Of a DNA stretch of 64,000 nt, positions 39,105 to 50,361 are shown one piece after another (position 1 is the first letter of the stretch; each line of letters starts with the position of its first letter). Both the position numbers and the translations under genes were made by a program. The DNA lies in the IMG/VR virus record IMGVR_UViG_3300037781_000042, positions 64,001 to 128,000 of that record. The stretch is one strand, 5' to 3'. Under the pieces are notes generated by a model, which saw only the letters and a list, made by a program, of their open reading frames with translations, was not told where the DNA came from and did not search any database. This DNA comes from a virus (lineage: Duplodnaviria > Caudoviricetes).

Positions 39105-39730
39105 GATATAGTTTCCTTTTTAATAAACATTTGTTTCATTATTTGACGTAAAAGTACTTTAGTAGTTTTAGTAGGTCTAAGACTTCCGCTTGAATGACAT
39201 TTACTTACAAAATCTTTATTAGAAATTAAATTTTCTATTAACTCTTCTTTATTTGTACAATTATCATCTATTAATGCTAAATATAATTCCGGATCATATT
39301 CACTTAATATAAAATTTAAAGATTCTGAAATTTCATCTATACTATCTTTTGATATATCTTTAATATCAAGATTGTATTCTTTTTTCGGTTTTGCTTTTTT
39401 AATCTTATTGCTTTCTTCAACTTCTTTTTGGTTTCTTCTTTTTTCGAACATGTTCCATATTCTAAATTTAATACGTTCAAAATAATTTGTAAATACTACC
39501 GGGTAACCTCCTAGTTCTGGATATATTAAAGTATTGCTTGTATAATATTCAACTTTATATTCTTCTGCTTCTTTTTTAAATTCTTTAAATGTAAAGCTAT
39601 GATATTTTCTCATAGTCAACCATTTTTTATGGTCAAGATAAAAAGGAAGTGTTACAATTAACCACAAGAAAAACATTATTATTATAGCAATAGTTCCTAT
39701 AGTTAAAATAGCTGCAAAAATTTCATTCAT
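39101..39730 (-). CDS. Membrane-anchored paralogue family A protein
   Basis: N-terminal TM, FTFKEFKKEA, LNFILSEYDPELYLALID. Confidence 0.65.
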   Translation of the reverse strand: MNEIFAAILTIGTIAIIIMFFLWLIVTLPFYLDHKKWLTMRKYHSFTFKEFKKEAEEYKVEYYTSNTLIYPELGGYPVVFTNYFERIKFRIWNMFEKRRNQKEVEESNKIKKAKPKKEYNLDIKDISKDSIDEISESLNFILSEYDPELYLALIDDNCTNKEELIENLISNKDFVSKCHSSGSLRPTKTTKVLLRQIMKQMFIKKETIS

Positions 39731-39735
39731 TTAAA

Positions 39736-40402
39736 TTATCTCCTTTTAATCTTAATTAAATCTTTTTTAAATGGAGTAGGATTATCAAAAAAGATAATTG
39801 AATATTCTTGTAAAGGCTTCCAATGATCTCCATATCTTAAATCTTTACATTTGTATTTTCCAAAGCCTTTATATAATTCTATTCCTTTAAGATCTTTTAC
39901 TTCATCTAATACTTCTTCATAAGAAACAAAATCTTTACAGATGTCTTTTTCTATTTCTTTTAAATTATCACATATTTCTTCAAAAGAAATATTAGTTTTT
40001 TCTAAAGAAATTGTGCTTTCTGCGCTAAGCATTCCAAATGTAGGAAAATTAGTAGTGTATAATTGAGTAGGCCTTACATAATCTATTAGACATTTTTCAG
40101 AAACTTTATATTTAAAATCAACTTTCATTTGTAACCCCAAAGAAGTCATTATCAAAAGTTTGACTTTTTATTACTCTATCATTTTCTTTAACTTTTTCTT
40201 TAATAAAATCTACAAAAGAAAACCAATTTTCTGTGGCAACACACGGTCGTGAACCATCTCTCAAAACAGATACAATATCTGCTGCTTTTGCAGAATTATT
40301 AAGTTTCTTTTTCCATTCAGATCCATACAAAATACCAAATGCTTCAGCTAAAGTATCAGTATCTAGATGTGTTGCTTCATATAATAATTTTTTGTTATCC
40401 AT
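39736..40402 (-). other. 39736..40155 (family B C-module only) and hypothetical 40118..40402
   Basis: ISFEEICDNLKEIEK...YEEVLDEVKDLKGIELY...W.PL...SI.FF shared with 44197..44934. Confidence 0.6.
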
Positions 40403-40417
40403 TGTATTTTTCTCTAA

Positions 40418-40467
40418 GTGTTAATTGAATATGATGTAATATAAGAAAAATTTTTTAAATAAAAAAA
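40418..40467 (-). promoter_or_regulatory. Class-1 promoter repeat, copy 5
   Basis: TTTTTTTATTTAAAAAATTTTTCTTATATTACATCATATTCAATTAACAC. Confidence 0.75.
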
Positions 40468-40473
40468 TATTTT

Positions 40474-40743
40474 TTAAAGTCCTAGGTTAATTGACTCTTC
40501 AGCATAGTTAATAAATTTATCATAGAATTGTTTTTCTATTTTTAGAGATCCAATTTCTCCCTTCTTTAATTCTTTTGACATCTCCCTAGAAATTAAACCT
40601 ATTTCATTTGAATGAACACATATAAAATTTTTAAATGTCTTATTATCTTTCCAATGAATTTGTTGTAACTTATCGTCGTATTTAATTTCTAGTGACCAAT
40701 TTTTTCCTTCTAATTTTTTAAAATCCATAATTAACATATCCAA
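40474..40743 (-). CDS. Family B N-module-only protein
   Basis: WSLEIKYDDKLQQIHW. Confidence 0.55.
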   Translation of the reverse strand: MDMLIMDFKKLEGKNWSLEIKYDDKLQQIHWKDNKTFKNFICVHSNEIGLISREMSKELKKGEIGSLKIEKQFYDKFINYAEESINLGL

Positions 40744-40746
40744 AAA

Positions 40747-41439
40747 TTATAAAAAGGTTTTTTCTAAAAGTTGTTTTACTTTATGAATATTTTTTTGTTT
40801 TGAATTTTCATTCCTACTATTTTTAATTTCAAAATTTTTAAATACTTTATTTTTAGTAAGGTGATCAAAAAGATCATTTTTTATAATAGTATCAAATACT
40901 AATTCTTTTTCTTTTTTTGATAAATTTTGATTTAATTCTAAATATTCTGTTGGATAATGATTACTGATTATAGAATTAAGAATTTTTTCTATCATTAAAA
41001 AATTATCTTCATTTAAAATTTCTTCACTCCAAGTGTTTGGATATTCTTTTTTATTTATTTGTCTATTTATTTTACTTTCTCTAACAGATAAAATTCTATT
41101 ACTTTCTGAAAGGATGTTTTGTTTGAATTTCCAAATTTTAAACATTGCATAACTAATAATACTGTTAAATAGTATTAATCTATGTTTATAATGTACAAAA
41201 TTATAATAATCAGTGAGTGTATAATCTGGGTTAATGTCTTCTTCTGTTGTTATATCATCAGGATTACTTTTATAAATATTTATAAATTCTCTATAAGTAA
41301 ATTTATAGTATTTTTTATAAGTAACCCAATCTTTATGATGTAAATACTCTTTAATTAATTTGTATGATATAGAAAATAAAAGGTAGCTCCAGATACAAAT
41401 TGTAAAAGTTAATAATATGAAATGATAATTGAATTTCAT
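40747..41439 (-). CDS. Membrane-anchored paralogue family A protein
   Basis: N-terminal TM, FTYREFINIYKSNP, ILNSIISNHYPTEYLELN. Confidence 0.65.
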   Translation of the reverse strand: MKFNYHFILLTFTICIWSYLLFSISYKLIKEYLHHKDWVTYKKYYKFTYREFINIYKSNPDDITTEEDINPDYTLTDYYNFVHYKHRLILFNSIISYAMFKIWKFKQNILSESNRILSVRESKINRQINKKEYPNTWSEEILNEDNFLMIEKILNSIISNHYPTEYLELNQNLSKKEKELVFDTIIKNDLFDHLTKNKVFKNFEIKNSRNENSKQKNIHKVKQLLEKTFL

Positions 41440-41440
41440 T

Positions 41441-44157
41441 TTATTTTTCTTTTATTTCATTTAAAGATTTATTTGAAGATTCTACTTCCCACGGGCCACC
41501 CGCTATTAAATAAAATTCACCATATTGTATTAGTCTATTAAATTCTTTTTCTTGATCTTTTCCTTTAATAGAATTATAATGAAGTGGTAGAAGATAGCAT
41601 GCAATTTCATTATTATGATATTTTTCATATTTATCAATATCTGTATAATCTTGTGCGGACAATTCATTTATTCCACGTGTAACATAACTTTCATAGGCAT
41701 GTTCTATACGTGAGTTATATTTAATAGGAGCAAAAACGTATTTATTAACCAAATTAAATTTATCTTTTTTTCTTTCTTCTTCTACTTTAAAATTTCCTTC
41801 TTTAAAAATTTTATCAATTTCTTTTTTATCATAGTTATAATCATCGTAGTGGTCATAGTCACCCAGTAAAAAAGATTTTAAAGATAATGAATAAACTAAA
41901 TCATCATAAGGGATTTTTAATTTTGAAATTTTATCTATTTCTAAAGATGGCACTTCTTGGGTATATCTTGCAGATTTATAAAGCCCTAAAAAATATTTGT
42001 TAGATAATTCTGTTAATTTTCTATGAGTAATTATTTTATTTTCGGGACATTTTTCTTTAAAATATTTTAATCCTTCTATCATTATCAAATTTTGTTCTAT
42101 TGTATATTTTTTATTTCTTAAATCGATTAATTCTTCATAATTAAAACTGTCCAAAAAATCATATTTTTTTAATTGATCTAACTTCTTTGATTCATCACCA
42201 GCAGATAATTTTTCTAATTCTTTTTTAAGTTCTTCTTCTTTTGAAATTTCAGAATCCTGATATTCTAATATTTCAGAAGTAATTTCTTTCCTTACATCTT
42301 GTTTAATTATAGATTTTTCTTCTTGTATTTTATTTTTTTCTAAAGTAGTTTTTTCTTCAGCACCTCTTTTTCTACACGATAAACCAAACATCTCTATTCT
42401 CCTATTTTTAAAGGTTTTATATCAGGAAAATTTTCTTCGAACATAGAATTAAATAACTCTTTTCCCTTATCATCAAACTTTAACATTTCAAATAATTCAT
42501 TAAATTTTTCTTTAGTAATTTTATTTCTTTCTTTTACTATACTGGGAGTAATTGTAGTTTTTCCCGGAAGCCAATTAGATTCTATGATTACTCCTTCCCA
42601 TACAATAAAGCTCCATGCTCTTTTTTCTATTACAGGAAACATTTTATCTTTAAATACTTTTCCTAAAGATAGTAAAGTTATTCGAACTTTTTTAATGTCG
42701 TCTTCTTTCATAGAAAAATAATATGTATTTTCAACTTCTTTTAAATCTTGAAAATATTCTTTATATTTATATTCATTTATTCTATCCTGTAAAATAGAAG
42801 TATTATAATTATAAACATCCATAAATTTATCTTTTTGATCCTTTAAAAATTTTGAATTTTCTTCTAAATCATTTAAAGACATTTTATCAATATACTTTTT
42901 TATTTCTTCTTCTGTGTATTTTTCCATTACTCTATTTCCTCTGATTCTCTATGTTTTAAAGCAATATCACTTAATTCGTTTTTAATTTTTCGTAATCGTT
43001 TTTCATTAAAGCTTTTAAATTTACTATCTCTTATATGCTTCTTTTGATATGAAAGATTTTTACAAATATGCGTGTCATGTTGTATTAATTTAACTTCAAT
43101 ATAAAAAGAATCTTCTGAATCAAATTTAGTAATTTCTACATCTTCAAAATCTACTTCTATGCTTCTAGTTTCTTTCATTTCATTTCTCTATCGTATTTAT
43201 GAGTTAATGTTTTAAGAGGATCTATTCCTCCATAATCTTTTAATATTTTATCTACTAAAGAAACTGGAACATGTCCGTAGACTGTTTCTGTAGGATATTC
43301 TGGATCTTCTGCATATTCCATCAATTCTGGAATTTTTATACTTGGATAGCCTATTTCAACTTGAGTATAAAAATCAGCAGCATCTCTCCTAGGATCACAA
43401 TAATGTCCCCAGCTTGCTTGTACACTTAAATTAAGATCGTCAATACAATAAATTCTTGTTTTCATTTGTACAATATCAGAAATATTATATTCTTTATCTT
43501 TTATAAATTCGTTAATTGTCATTATCATCCTTCTTGTTTGTAAATAATTCTATTTCTAAATGAACATATTTATCTATGTTTGAAGATAAAATATTTATTA
43601 ATGAATGACCACCTATTTTAAATTCTTCTTTAGTATACATATAACCAGTTAATTCACTTCCATAAATAGGAACATGTGTTACTTTTGGAGATCCAAAAAT
43701 ATAATTCAAATAATCAAGTTGAATAGTTTCAGGATCTATCTCTTCTTCAGAAATATAATATTTTACGTTAGCATACTTATATTTCCACCCTATTTTTTCT
43801 TCCATTTCTTCAGAAAGAATTACTGTTGAAGTTTCTTCTAAATCTTTTCCTGAAACGGTTTTAGTTCTAGTAGTTGAAATAATTTCAACACATCTATTTT
43901 TTTCTATCTTTCCGTTAAATACTATTAATTTATATTCTTCACCAGTCATGATTTATTTTTATTTATAAATTTTCAAATTTTTTAATTATTGGTTCTATTA
44001 GTTTTCTTTGTTGAATCAATATCTTTTTTTCAACATCACCTAATTCTTGGGTTTCAACATCTGTTACCAGTCTATTATTAATATCATCATATTGATAGAT
44101 AAGAGCATTTTCTATTATGGATGTTTCTAGGTCAGTTAATTCTACTTTTTTAGTCAT
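41441..44157 (-). other. Block of hypothetical ORFs (41441..42391, 42394..42927, 42927..43178, 43175..43528, 43512..43949, 43963..44157)
   Basis: ORF track; 43175..43528 carries LSVQASWGHYCDPR...VEIGYPS. Confidence 0.7.
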
Positions 44158-44196
44158 TTTTTCTTTCCTTTATTACTTCTATTACTTCAGATGTTT

Positions 44197-44934
44197 TCAC
44201 TTAGCCCTCCTTAGTTTGATTAGACCGCGTTCAACAGCTTCTCGCATACTGAAAAATTGTATTGATAATCTTGTCAAAGGGAACCAATCCCAAAACTCTA
44301 ATACATAGCTATATTCATACTTCTTCATAGCTTCATATAACTCCATTTCCTCCAATCCTTCTAACTCTTTAACAACCGTGTCATAAGTTAGTTTGCTTGT
44401 CTGCTGCTCTGCTCTTTCGAGTGCTTTGCAAAGGTCGGTGAAGGTGTAGTTGATTTCGGATTTGTGAATATCGCTCTTTGTGCCACTCATACCGAAATAA
44501 GGATAAATGTTTTCGACAAAAAGTTCTGTTGTTTCTTCTTTATCAATAGAAATATCTCTAGCAAACTCTAGGTCATTGATATTGGTGTTCCACTTAAACC
44601 CCTCTTTAATCCAAATAGTCTCCGCTCCTACTTTGTCTTCAGTTTCCCAAATCTTTATCTTGAAGTTCGGATTATCAAAAGTTCTTTCGGTTATAATCTT
44701 AGGTTTGGTTAGGTTGTCGAGATGCTTAGTAAGATGATTAAATACGTATTGAGAATAAATCAAAGCGTTTTTTCTATCTTGATTCATCTTTGATATTAAT
44801 TGGTCTGCTTCTGAATAGGGGAGGTAATAAGGTATTTCTCCACACCTGTCATTCCAAAGCACCATTCCCATATCCTCATCATATTTAATCTTAATTTCCC
44901 AATCTTCCCCTTTGTAGTGTTTTAGTCTGCTCAT
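44197..44934 (-). CDS. Paralogue family B protein (GC-elevated)
   Basis: WEIKIKYDEDMGMVLW; FKIKIWETEDKVGAETIWI; YTFTDLCKALERAEQ. Confidence 0.65.
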   Translation of the reverse strand: MSRLKHYKGEDWEIKIKYDEDMGMVLWNDRCGEIPYYLPYSEADQLISKMNQDRKNALIYSQYVFNHLTKHLDNLTKPKIITERTFDNPNFKIKIWETEDKVGAETIWIKEGFKWNTNINDLEFARDISIDKEETTELFVENIYPYFGMSGTKSDIHKSEINYTFTDLCKALERAEQQTSKLTYDTVVKELEGLEEMELYEAMKKYEYSYVLEFWDWFPLTRLSIQFFSMREAVERGLIKLRRAK

Positions 44935-45304
44935 TTCAAAACCTCATATTTTTGTTTAACTTCTTGCTCGGATAATATAGAGTAATCTTTATAACTATGT
45001 CTTGCTAACATCATCTTTAATTCTTTTGTGAAGTTCCCTTCCCATTTAAAAGCTTCAATTTGTGGGGTGTTTTTCCTAATTAGTTTCATTTTTCATTGTC
45101 ATTAGTTTTCATATACATTCCATAAATTAGTGACCAAAATATAAAAAACGTTAAAGTAATACCACCTATTTTCCATATATTTTCCCATACTGTAAAATCA
45201 AATGTTAAATGGATAAATGAAAAAATCAAGTAGACAATAATAGTTATAGTTATTAAGCCAATTATCCAATTTTTGCTTTTGTGGTATTTTATATTCTTAC
45301 TCAT
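44931..45304 (-). other. Small ORFs 44931..45089 (52 aa, manual; similar to 49533..49784) and 45086..45304 (two TM)
   Basis: MKLIRKNTPQIEAFKWEG vs MKVIKKKPEEFHAYQWNG. Confidence 0.55.
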
Positions 45305-45639
45305 TTTTCTAGTAACTTTAATTTATTAATAAGGTCTTTATGTTTCTTTCTTTCTAATTTAACAACATCCGCAGGTGCTTTTAAAATAAAAGATTCATTA
45401 TTTAATTTACTTTCTATTTTACTAATATAAGATTTTAATCTTTGTATTTCTTCTTTCTGTCTTTTTAACCATTCTTCTTTTACATCTTTCCCAACAGTCA
45501 TATAAATTACACAATCGCCATCTACTTTTAATAAAATATTTGACTCTAAATCAATATCATCTGTATAAATTATTTCACTTGCTCCAATAATATTTTTCAC
45601 CAAATTTTCATTCTGGTTTATAACTTTATCAAGTCTCAT
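45301..45639 (-). CDS. Stand-alone valyl-tRNA synthetase C-terminal coiled-coil (tRNA-binding arm)-like protein
   Basis: EIQRLKSYISKIESKLNNESFILKAPADVVKLERKK matches the ValRS C-terminal KL.N..F..KAP..VV..E..K signature. Confidence 0.8.
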   Translation of the reverse strand: MRLDKVINQNENLVKNIIGASEIIYTDDIDLESNILLKVDGDCVIYMTVGKDVKEEWLKRQKEEIQRLKSYISKIESKLNNESFILKAPADVVKLERKKHKDLINKLKLLEK

Positions 45640-46744
45640 TATATTTCTCTAATAATAAATTTAATCTTTCTATTTCATCTTCTTCAGCCCTTCTTTTCAA
45701 ATATTCCATTTCCTCTATCTTTTCTTCTCTTTCTATTCTTAATTCGTCTTCTTTTATTCTTTTTAGAATATCCATCTTTTCTTGTTCTTTCTTTTTCCAA
45801 TCTTTAAAATCTGTATACAGATCATCTATACTAACGTTAAAATATTCTTTATTACCCTCTGAATCTACTGGATAATGATCGTACATAAAAGAAAGAATCG
45901 TTTCCTTTCCCTTCTTTTCTACTGTTAGTGGTGCTCCGTATTCCATTTTTTGAACTGCCCAATTGTCCGAATATTTTTCTTTAAGTACTTTAAAGAATTT
46001 ATCGTACATATAATCTAATACTTCTTCTAATTCTTCTTTTTTGAAATGTTTCATTTTGATTTCACCGTAAGTTTTATTTGAAATGTTTCATTTTGATTTC
46101 ACCGTAAGTTTTATACCATATCTTTTATCATTAGGTACCCTACCACAATACACACAATTAATAACCATATCACAGTAGCCAATTCTCCAAATGTTATTAC
46201 ACTAAATGCAACAGCATACGCAAAAATTACTGTCGCAACTGTTACTACTAGTGATAGTCCTAGTGCTTTCCAATTCATTTTTAATTCTCCTTTATTTATG
46301 TTAAACCTTATCATCTTCATCTAATAAATTAGCAAGTAAATTCGTTTCTTCGGTTTGAGGAATTCCATATTTTTTCATCAATTCATTTAATTGAACAATT
46401 TCAGATCTTTTTACAGCTTCTAAACGTTCTTTTTCTGCTTTTTCTTGAGCTTCTATTTTTCTTTTTTCTTCAAGCTCTTTTTCTTTTTGAAAATCTTCAG
46501 CTGTTTTTTCAAAATCTTCGACCGTAACTTGAAAGGTGTAGTATTCAGTATTTCCACAATAGTAGTCTTCGTGTTGGAATCCATACTGATAATGTTTGTC
46601 TGTAGTGTAATCCTTCCAAATCAATAAAAAATCATCATTTTTATCTATATGATCAGTAAATTTTGAACCATATTTTAATTTACATGCATTCCATACTTTA
46701 TCATACAATTCTTTGGCAATTTTGTCTATTTCTTTTGTGTCCAT
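45629..46744 (-). other. Hypothetical ORFs 45629..46054, 46111..46320 (TM), 46301..46744
   Basis: ORF track. Confidence 0.7.
46041..46114. repeat. Perfect 37-bp tandem duplication spanning stop codon, RBS and next start
   Basis: ttgaaatgtttcattttgatttcaccgtaagttttat at 46041-46077 and 46078-46114. Confidence 0.95.
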
Positions 46745-47346
46745 TTTTTTATCTCCTTTAAAGTATTCATTAACTTAAAAAATTCTTTTTCTTGTTTTTC
46801 AAAATCTTTTTCTATTTCAGTATATTGAATTGAATTTTCTTGTAAGAAATTTTCAATCCTAGAATCAATTTTCATAGAATCTTCTAGTGATTGATTTCTT
46901 CCTATTTCTGAATAAGTTTCAGGATTTCTTTTTACAAAGTAATTAATATTGTTTTTATTTTTAAAAGTTTCAACTAAAAACTTATCATGTAAATCGTGAA
47001 TTGTTTGTAAATATTTCTTTTCTGCTGGAAGAATATTTTCATTTTCTAATTGTCTATCTAATTCTATTTGAGAATAAATAGATCCTAAAAGAATAGGAGA
47101 ATCAGTAACTACATAATCATAATGCATTTCTGCTATTTCTTGATAATAAACCTGTTTAGCAGAAACATAATACTGTTTAGATAAAGCAGTAGAATTATTT
47201 TCAAATGTTTTCTTTTTAGCATATTCATTTACTAATTCAACATTAAATCCATCTAACTTCATTTTATAAAATAACCCTGCAGATGATGTCGATTTTCCTG
47301 CTCCAGGACCTGCAAAGAAATTAATTATTGTTGGTTTCATTTTCAT
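46726..47346 (-). CDS. P-loop nucleoside/nucleotide kinase (NadR/AAA_28-like)
   Basis: IINFFAGPGAGKST, ELVNEYAK, VVTDSPILLG, R.Q...S..ID. Confidence 0.75.
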   Translation of the reverse strand: MKMKPTIINFFAGPGAGKSTSSAGLFYKMKLDGFNVELVNEYAKKKTFENNSTALSKQYYVSAKQVYYQEIAEMHYDYVVTDSPILLGSIYSQIELDRQLENENILPAEKKYLQTIHDLHDKFLVETFKNKNNINYFVKRNPETYSEIGRNQSLEDSMKIDSRIENFLQENSIQYTEIEKDFEKQEKEFFKLMNTLKEIKKWTQKK

Positions 47347-47358
47347 TTATATTATTAA

Positions 47359-47407
47359 TGTTAATTAAATGTGATGTAATATAAGAAAAATTTTTTAAAT
47401 AAAAAAA
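47359..47407 (-). promoter_or_regulatory. Class-1 promoter repeat, copy 6
   Basis: TTTTTTTATTTAAAAAATTTTTCTTATATTACATCACATTTAATTAACA. Confidence 0.75.
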
Positions 47408-47420
47408 TTAATTTTAAAAT

Positions 47421-47455
47421 AAAAACAACAAAAGGTATATGTTACTATACCTTTT
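47421..47455 (-). terminator. Intrinsic terminator (possibly bidirectional)
   Basis: AAAAGGTAT/ATACCTTTT hairpin with adjacent T-rich tract on minus strand. Confidence 0.65.
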
Positions 47456-47498
47456 ATGCTTTAAATTAAATCTGAATCATTTCTGTGATAACCTTAAG

Positions 47499-47777
47499 TT
47501 ATATAGCAATAGTTTTTAATTTATCGCCGCACATTTTTTGAAGAATTTCATGCGCGTCGTCCATTAAAAATCCATCATATTGTTTTCCTAATACTCTACC
47601 TTCTACTAATTGACTATAGATAATAGGTTCTGGTATTTCAACGTTAAATATTTTTGCTTGATATTTTAAAGATTCTGCTTTCTGTTTAGATGAACAAATA
47701 ATAGGATATTTTCTATCTGCTGATTGTAATACAAGTGCAGACGTTCTTCCAGATGCTCTATTTGTTAATATTGTCAT
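47499..47777 (-). CDS. Small protein with degenerate P-loop-like motifs
   Basis: NRASGRT and FLMDDA in 92 aa. Confidence 0.45.
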   Translation of the reverse strand: MTILTNRASGRTSALVLQSADRKYPIICSSKQKAESLKYQAKIFNVEIPEPIIYSQLVEGRVLGKQYDGFLMDDAHEILQKMCGDKLKTIAI

Positions 47778-47929
47778 TTTATTCTCCTTTTAATAAATTA
47801 ATTAATAATCTTTGCTTATTGTTTATAAGAAGTAGATTTTTTTCATAATCATTTTCTCCATAGTATTTTCTTCCATATTCAAGTCTTTCAATTCTTTTAT
47901 CTAACTCTTCTAATTCTTTAATATTTTTT

Positions 47930-48942
47930 TCATTTTAAACTATTCTCGTATTCTTGTAGTATGCTATAAAGAACCTCTATAGATGAATAATCTTCAATTA
48001 TTTCTAAAATCTTTATTTTATCTAAAATAAGTTTTTTTAAAACTTCTTCTTTTTTAGTACATGTTTTTTCTTCTATTTCTTCAAGTGCTTCACAAAGCTC
48101 TTTAAACGTATAATCAATTTCATTTGTCCAAATGGCGTCTTTTGAGAATTCCATTCCAAATGCAAATATACAGTCATCACTATAAATAGATGTAACTTCA
48201 TTAGAATTAATTACGATACTGAAATTGTTTTTATTATCATTTTCTGAATTATAATAAAAATCTTCTTTAATCCAAATAGTTTCTATTCCTACAGCATTTA
48301 GATTTTCCCAAACTCTAATATGAAAATTTTCATTGTGAAATACTTTTTCATTTTGAATAATAGAATCTAAAAAATTAACTAGATTTTTATAGGATCTTTT
48401 CGTCGTGGTTGTGCTATTCCAAATAGATTCTATTTGAATACGATTTATAGTAGAAATTAAACTTGAAGTCATTTCTGCGTAATAAGGACTTTCAGATACT
48501 TCGTCTATATAAGATTTTATTTTACCTTTCAATCGTCTATATAGTAAAAGATTGGTATCTTCATCAAATTTAATTTGGATTTCCCATCCATCTTTTTTAT
48601 AAGTTCTTATTTTATTCATTTTATTTTTTCTGATTGTTTATGTCTATTGCTAATTATAGCCTTCTTCCTAATAAATTCAGAATCACACTCTTCCAACCCC
48701 TCAAATAACAGAGCTAAATCGTCAAATGTTTCTCTATCCATTTTCATACTATCTTTAGAGTTTTTCCCACTATTTATCTTTACAATCTCATCTGTTTGTA
48801 CAATCATTGAAAACGGAAATATTCGTATACCTTTTGGTATATTACCTCTTCTGTTCCAATGTGCTGTTGATGTTTCTTCATCATACCAGAACTCCATTTG
48901 CCATTCGTATCCCGAAAAAATATTTTTTGTATTATTGCTCAA
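47930..48942 (-). other. Family B proteins 47930..48619 (full core) and 48616..48942 (N-module only)
   Basis: WEIQIKFDEDTNLLLY / FHIRVWENLNAVGIETIWI / YTFKELCEALEEIEE; WQMEFWYDEETSTAHW. Confidence 0.6.
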
Positions 48943-49784
48943 GACATTTCCTCAAAGTTATCTTTATAATATTGTTCTGCAACTAACCATTGATCTTTAT
49001 GATTTTCGGGATTTCTTGCTATCATATCTCCTAATTTAGGACTTCCGTTTTTTAAATCTGCTTCTGAAATAGAAATTTGTACTGAAAGACTGTTGACATT
49101 ACCAGCTATAAAATCATATAAATTGAAATGATCAATATCATGAATTGTAACGGGTCTCATTTCTGCAACATTAGTTCTTCTATATTTTTTCCAACTCATT
49201 TTTCAAGCTCTTTTAATTTATTTAATTCTTCATTCATTTGATGTAAAATTTTTATTTGATTTCCATTCAATTTATTTTTTCTTTGTTTCAGTTCGTGTAA
49301 TAAATGAACAATAGTTTCACAAATATATTCATCTGTGTAATATGGACTAAAATCATATAAATTAACAGGTTCTATTTTCTCATAACTTGTAAAATTGTTC
49401 CATATCATTTTAAGAGTATTCATCAAGTGCATAGTGTCCATGTCTTTAGGAAATAAAAATTTTCCAGGATTTGTTCTCCATTTAAAATTTTCATTGATTG
49501 GATAATTATTTAAAACTATATCAGTGATCATTTTATTTTTTATAATATTTGTTAAAATCTTCTTCTGTTAATTTTTGACACATTTTATTTCTATCTATTA
49601 ATAAATATTCTCCTTTGTAAATATTTTGCCAATTTACAGAAACGTGGTAATCATCTTTATCAAAATAAACTACTATTCCAGTTTCTTCTCTAACCTTCTT
49701 TGCGTATTCACAATACTCTTCCCATGTACTTCCATTCCATTGATATGCATGAAATTCTTCTGGTTTTTTCTTAATTACTTTCAT
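48939..49784 (-). other. Hypothetical ORFs 48939..49199, 49196..49531, 49533..49784
   Basis: ORF track; overlapping start/stop codons. Confidence 0.7.
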
Positions 49785-50361
49785 CTATTTCTTCTATTAA
49801 TTCTGGATTTTCAAAACAATTACCTATTACTTCGCAACCTAAATGCTTTAATAGTTCTTCTTCGTCTTTAAAATTATATTCATCTAAAAGATATTGTAAA
49901 TCTCCTTCAGGTCCTAACCACTTATCTATTGACATACCCCATTCATCTAATACTATTTCTCTATCATATTCTAATGCAACATAAAATAAAGAAAATTCTA
50001 GAGTTCCGAAATTATCAACTAATAATATTTCTTCATCTATAAAAGGTTCTAAATATCCTACGCCTCCTAAAGGACCTGGAAATTCTTCTCGGCGTCTATT
50101 GATATGTTTATATCTTATAAAGTCACCGTCATAAATTTTCTGTTGATTTTTATCTTTTAATCTTACATATTGCATGGTAATACATTCTACTTCTCCTGAA
50201 CCATCTTCGTATAATTTTGATTGTAGTTCATAGGATTTATTCCCTTCATCATCATCGTCTGGTGGAGTTACTAATACCCACAATCCATATCTTAAAACAG
50301 GTAACATTAATTTACGTTTAATATCCCATGCTCTAAATTCTAATTCTTTATTTTCTATCAT
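49771..50361 (-). CDS. YopX family protein
   Basis: LEFRAWD...MQY..LKDKN...IYDGD...EVIGNCFENPEL. Confidence 0.85.
   Translation of the reverse strand: MIENKELEFRAWDIKRKLMLPVLRYGLWVLVTPPDDDDEGNKSYELQSKLYEDGSGEVECITMQYVRLKDKNQQKIYDGDFIRYKHINRRREEFPGPLGGVGYLEPFIDEEILLVDNFGTLEFSLFYVALEYDREIVLDEWGMSIDKWLGPEGDLQYLLDEYNFKDEEELLKHLGCEVIGNCFENPELIEEIDESN

Noticed and set aside
46041-46114. Mini CRISPR array
   Set aside because: Two 37-bp units are directly adjacent with no spacer and overlap coding junctions.
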